Positions 63,431-64,000 of a DNA stretch of 64,000 nucleotides are shown one piece after another. The position numbers were made by a program, and so were the translations under genes. The stretch comes from Podarcis bocagei (lineage: Eukaryota). Under the pieces are notes generated by a model. It ran no database searches, had not been told where the DNA came from, and saw only the letters and a list, made by a program, of their open reading frames with translations. Within the stretch, counting starts at the first letter, position 1. Each line of letters begins with the position of its first letter. The stretch lies in assembly GCA_964188305.1 (NCBI GenBank), contig OZ076901.1; one strand, given 5' to 3'.

Positions 63431-64000
63431 GGCCTTAACTTACTGCTGTGAAATGACTGGGAATCAGAAATCTTTGGTGCAAGTAGCCCAGAAAGCTATT
63501 TGCAGATCAGCAGATCCTACCTAATCTATCTTCTGACTGCCTCTGACGTAGACTGTGGCTGAAAATCCTAATTGTTTCTTAGGAGGACGGTAAACAGGGT
63601 GGTACTCCTTCCAGATGAATTAAGCCAGGTAAGAACGGTGTGATCTTGTAAACAGAGACACACGGCGAGTTCAGCTGGAAACCTTTTATACTGACCCAGC
63701 TGGAATTCCATCAGGAACGAGGGCAGAAGGTGAAATCAGAAATATAACAAGTTGATAAATTATCTTCTCTCTGTATTCCATCTCATCTCCAACATGCTGT
63801 ATGTGTGTGAGTGTCTTAAGAAAACCCATGCCGAAGATTTCCACCCAACCAACCTCATTTTTTGGTAACATTTTTATTTCAGATTACTGCCCCATAGCTG
63901 GAGAGAGGACAACTTTATTAGGCGTGAGCGACACAGCTGTCTCTTGATGGGGGGGGGGGAGTTGTGCTTCTTGACAGTTATAGATATTCCTCTGTGAGAT

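Overview
Vertebrate, almost certainly squamate (lizard) genomic DNA. The repeat content (Sauria SINEs, Squam3-like SINEs, BovB, CR1, L2, many MITEs) suggests a lacertid-type lizard, which is an inference. The window is mostly gene-poor. The only well-supported protein-coding gene is an intronless minus-strand ORF at 60066-60680 that I recognise as a CCDC182 orthologue. In human this gene lies downstream of MSI2 and before MRPS23, so the window is probably the syntenic intergenic interval. Most other listed ORFs are read-throughs of repeats or chance ORFs. The rest is a dense patchwork of 5'-truncated LINE ends, SINEs with target-site duplications (TSDs), TA-flanked Tc1/mariner(pogo/Tigger)-type MITEs and hAT-type MITEs with 8-bp TSDs, often nested. 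Several repeat-free, motif-rich blocks lie between them and look like conserved enhancers. I found no convincing new multi-gene system. The most notable observations are a triple-nested MITE stack, a MITE whose interior is built of iterated hairpins, a composite hAT-like element carrying a captured LINE tail, a MITE family carrying a CTCF-like motif in convergent orientation, and a C-terminally extended CCDC182. Family names come from recalled consensus sequences, not from a database search.
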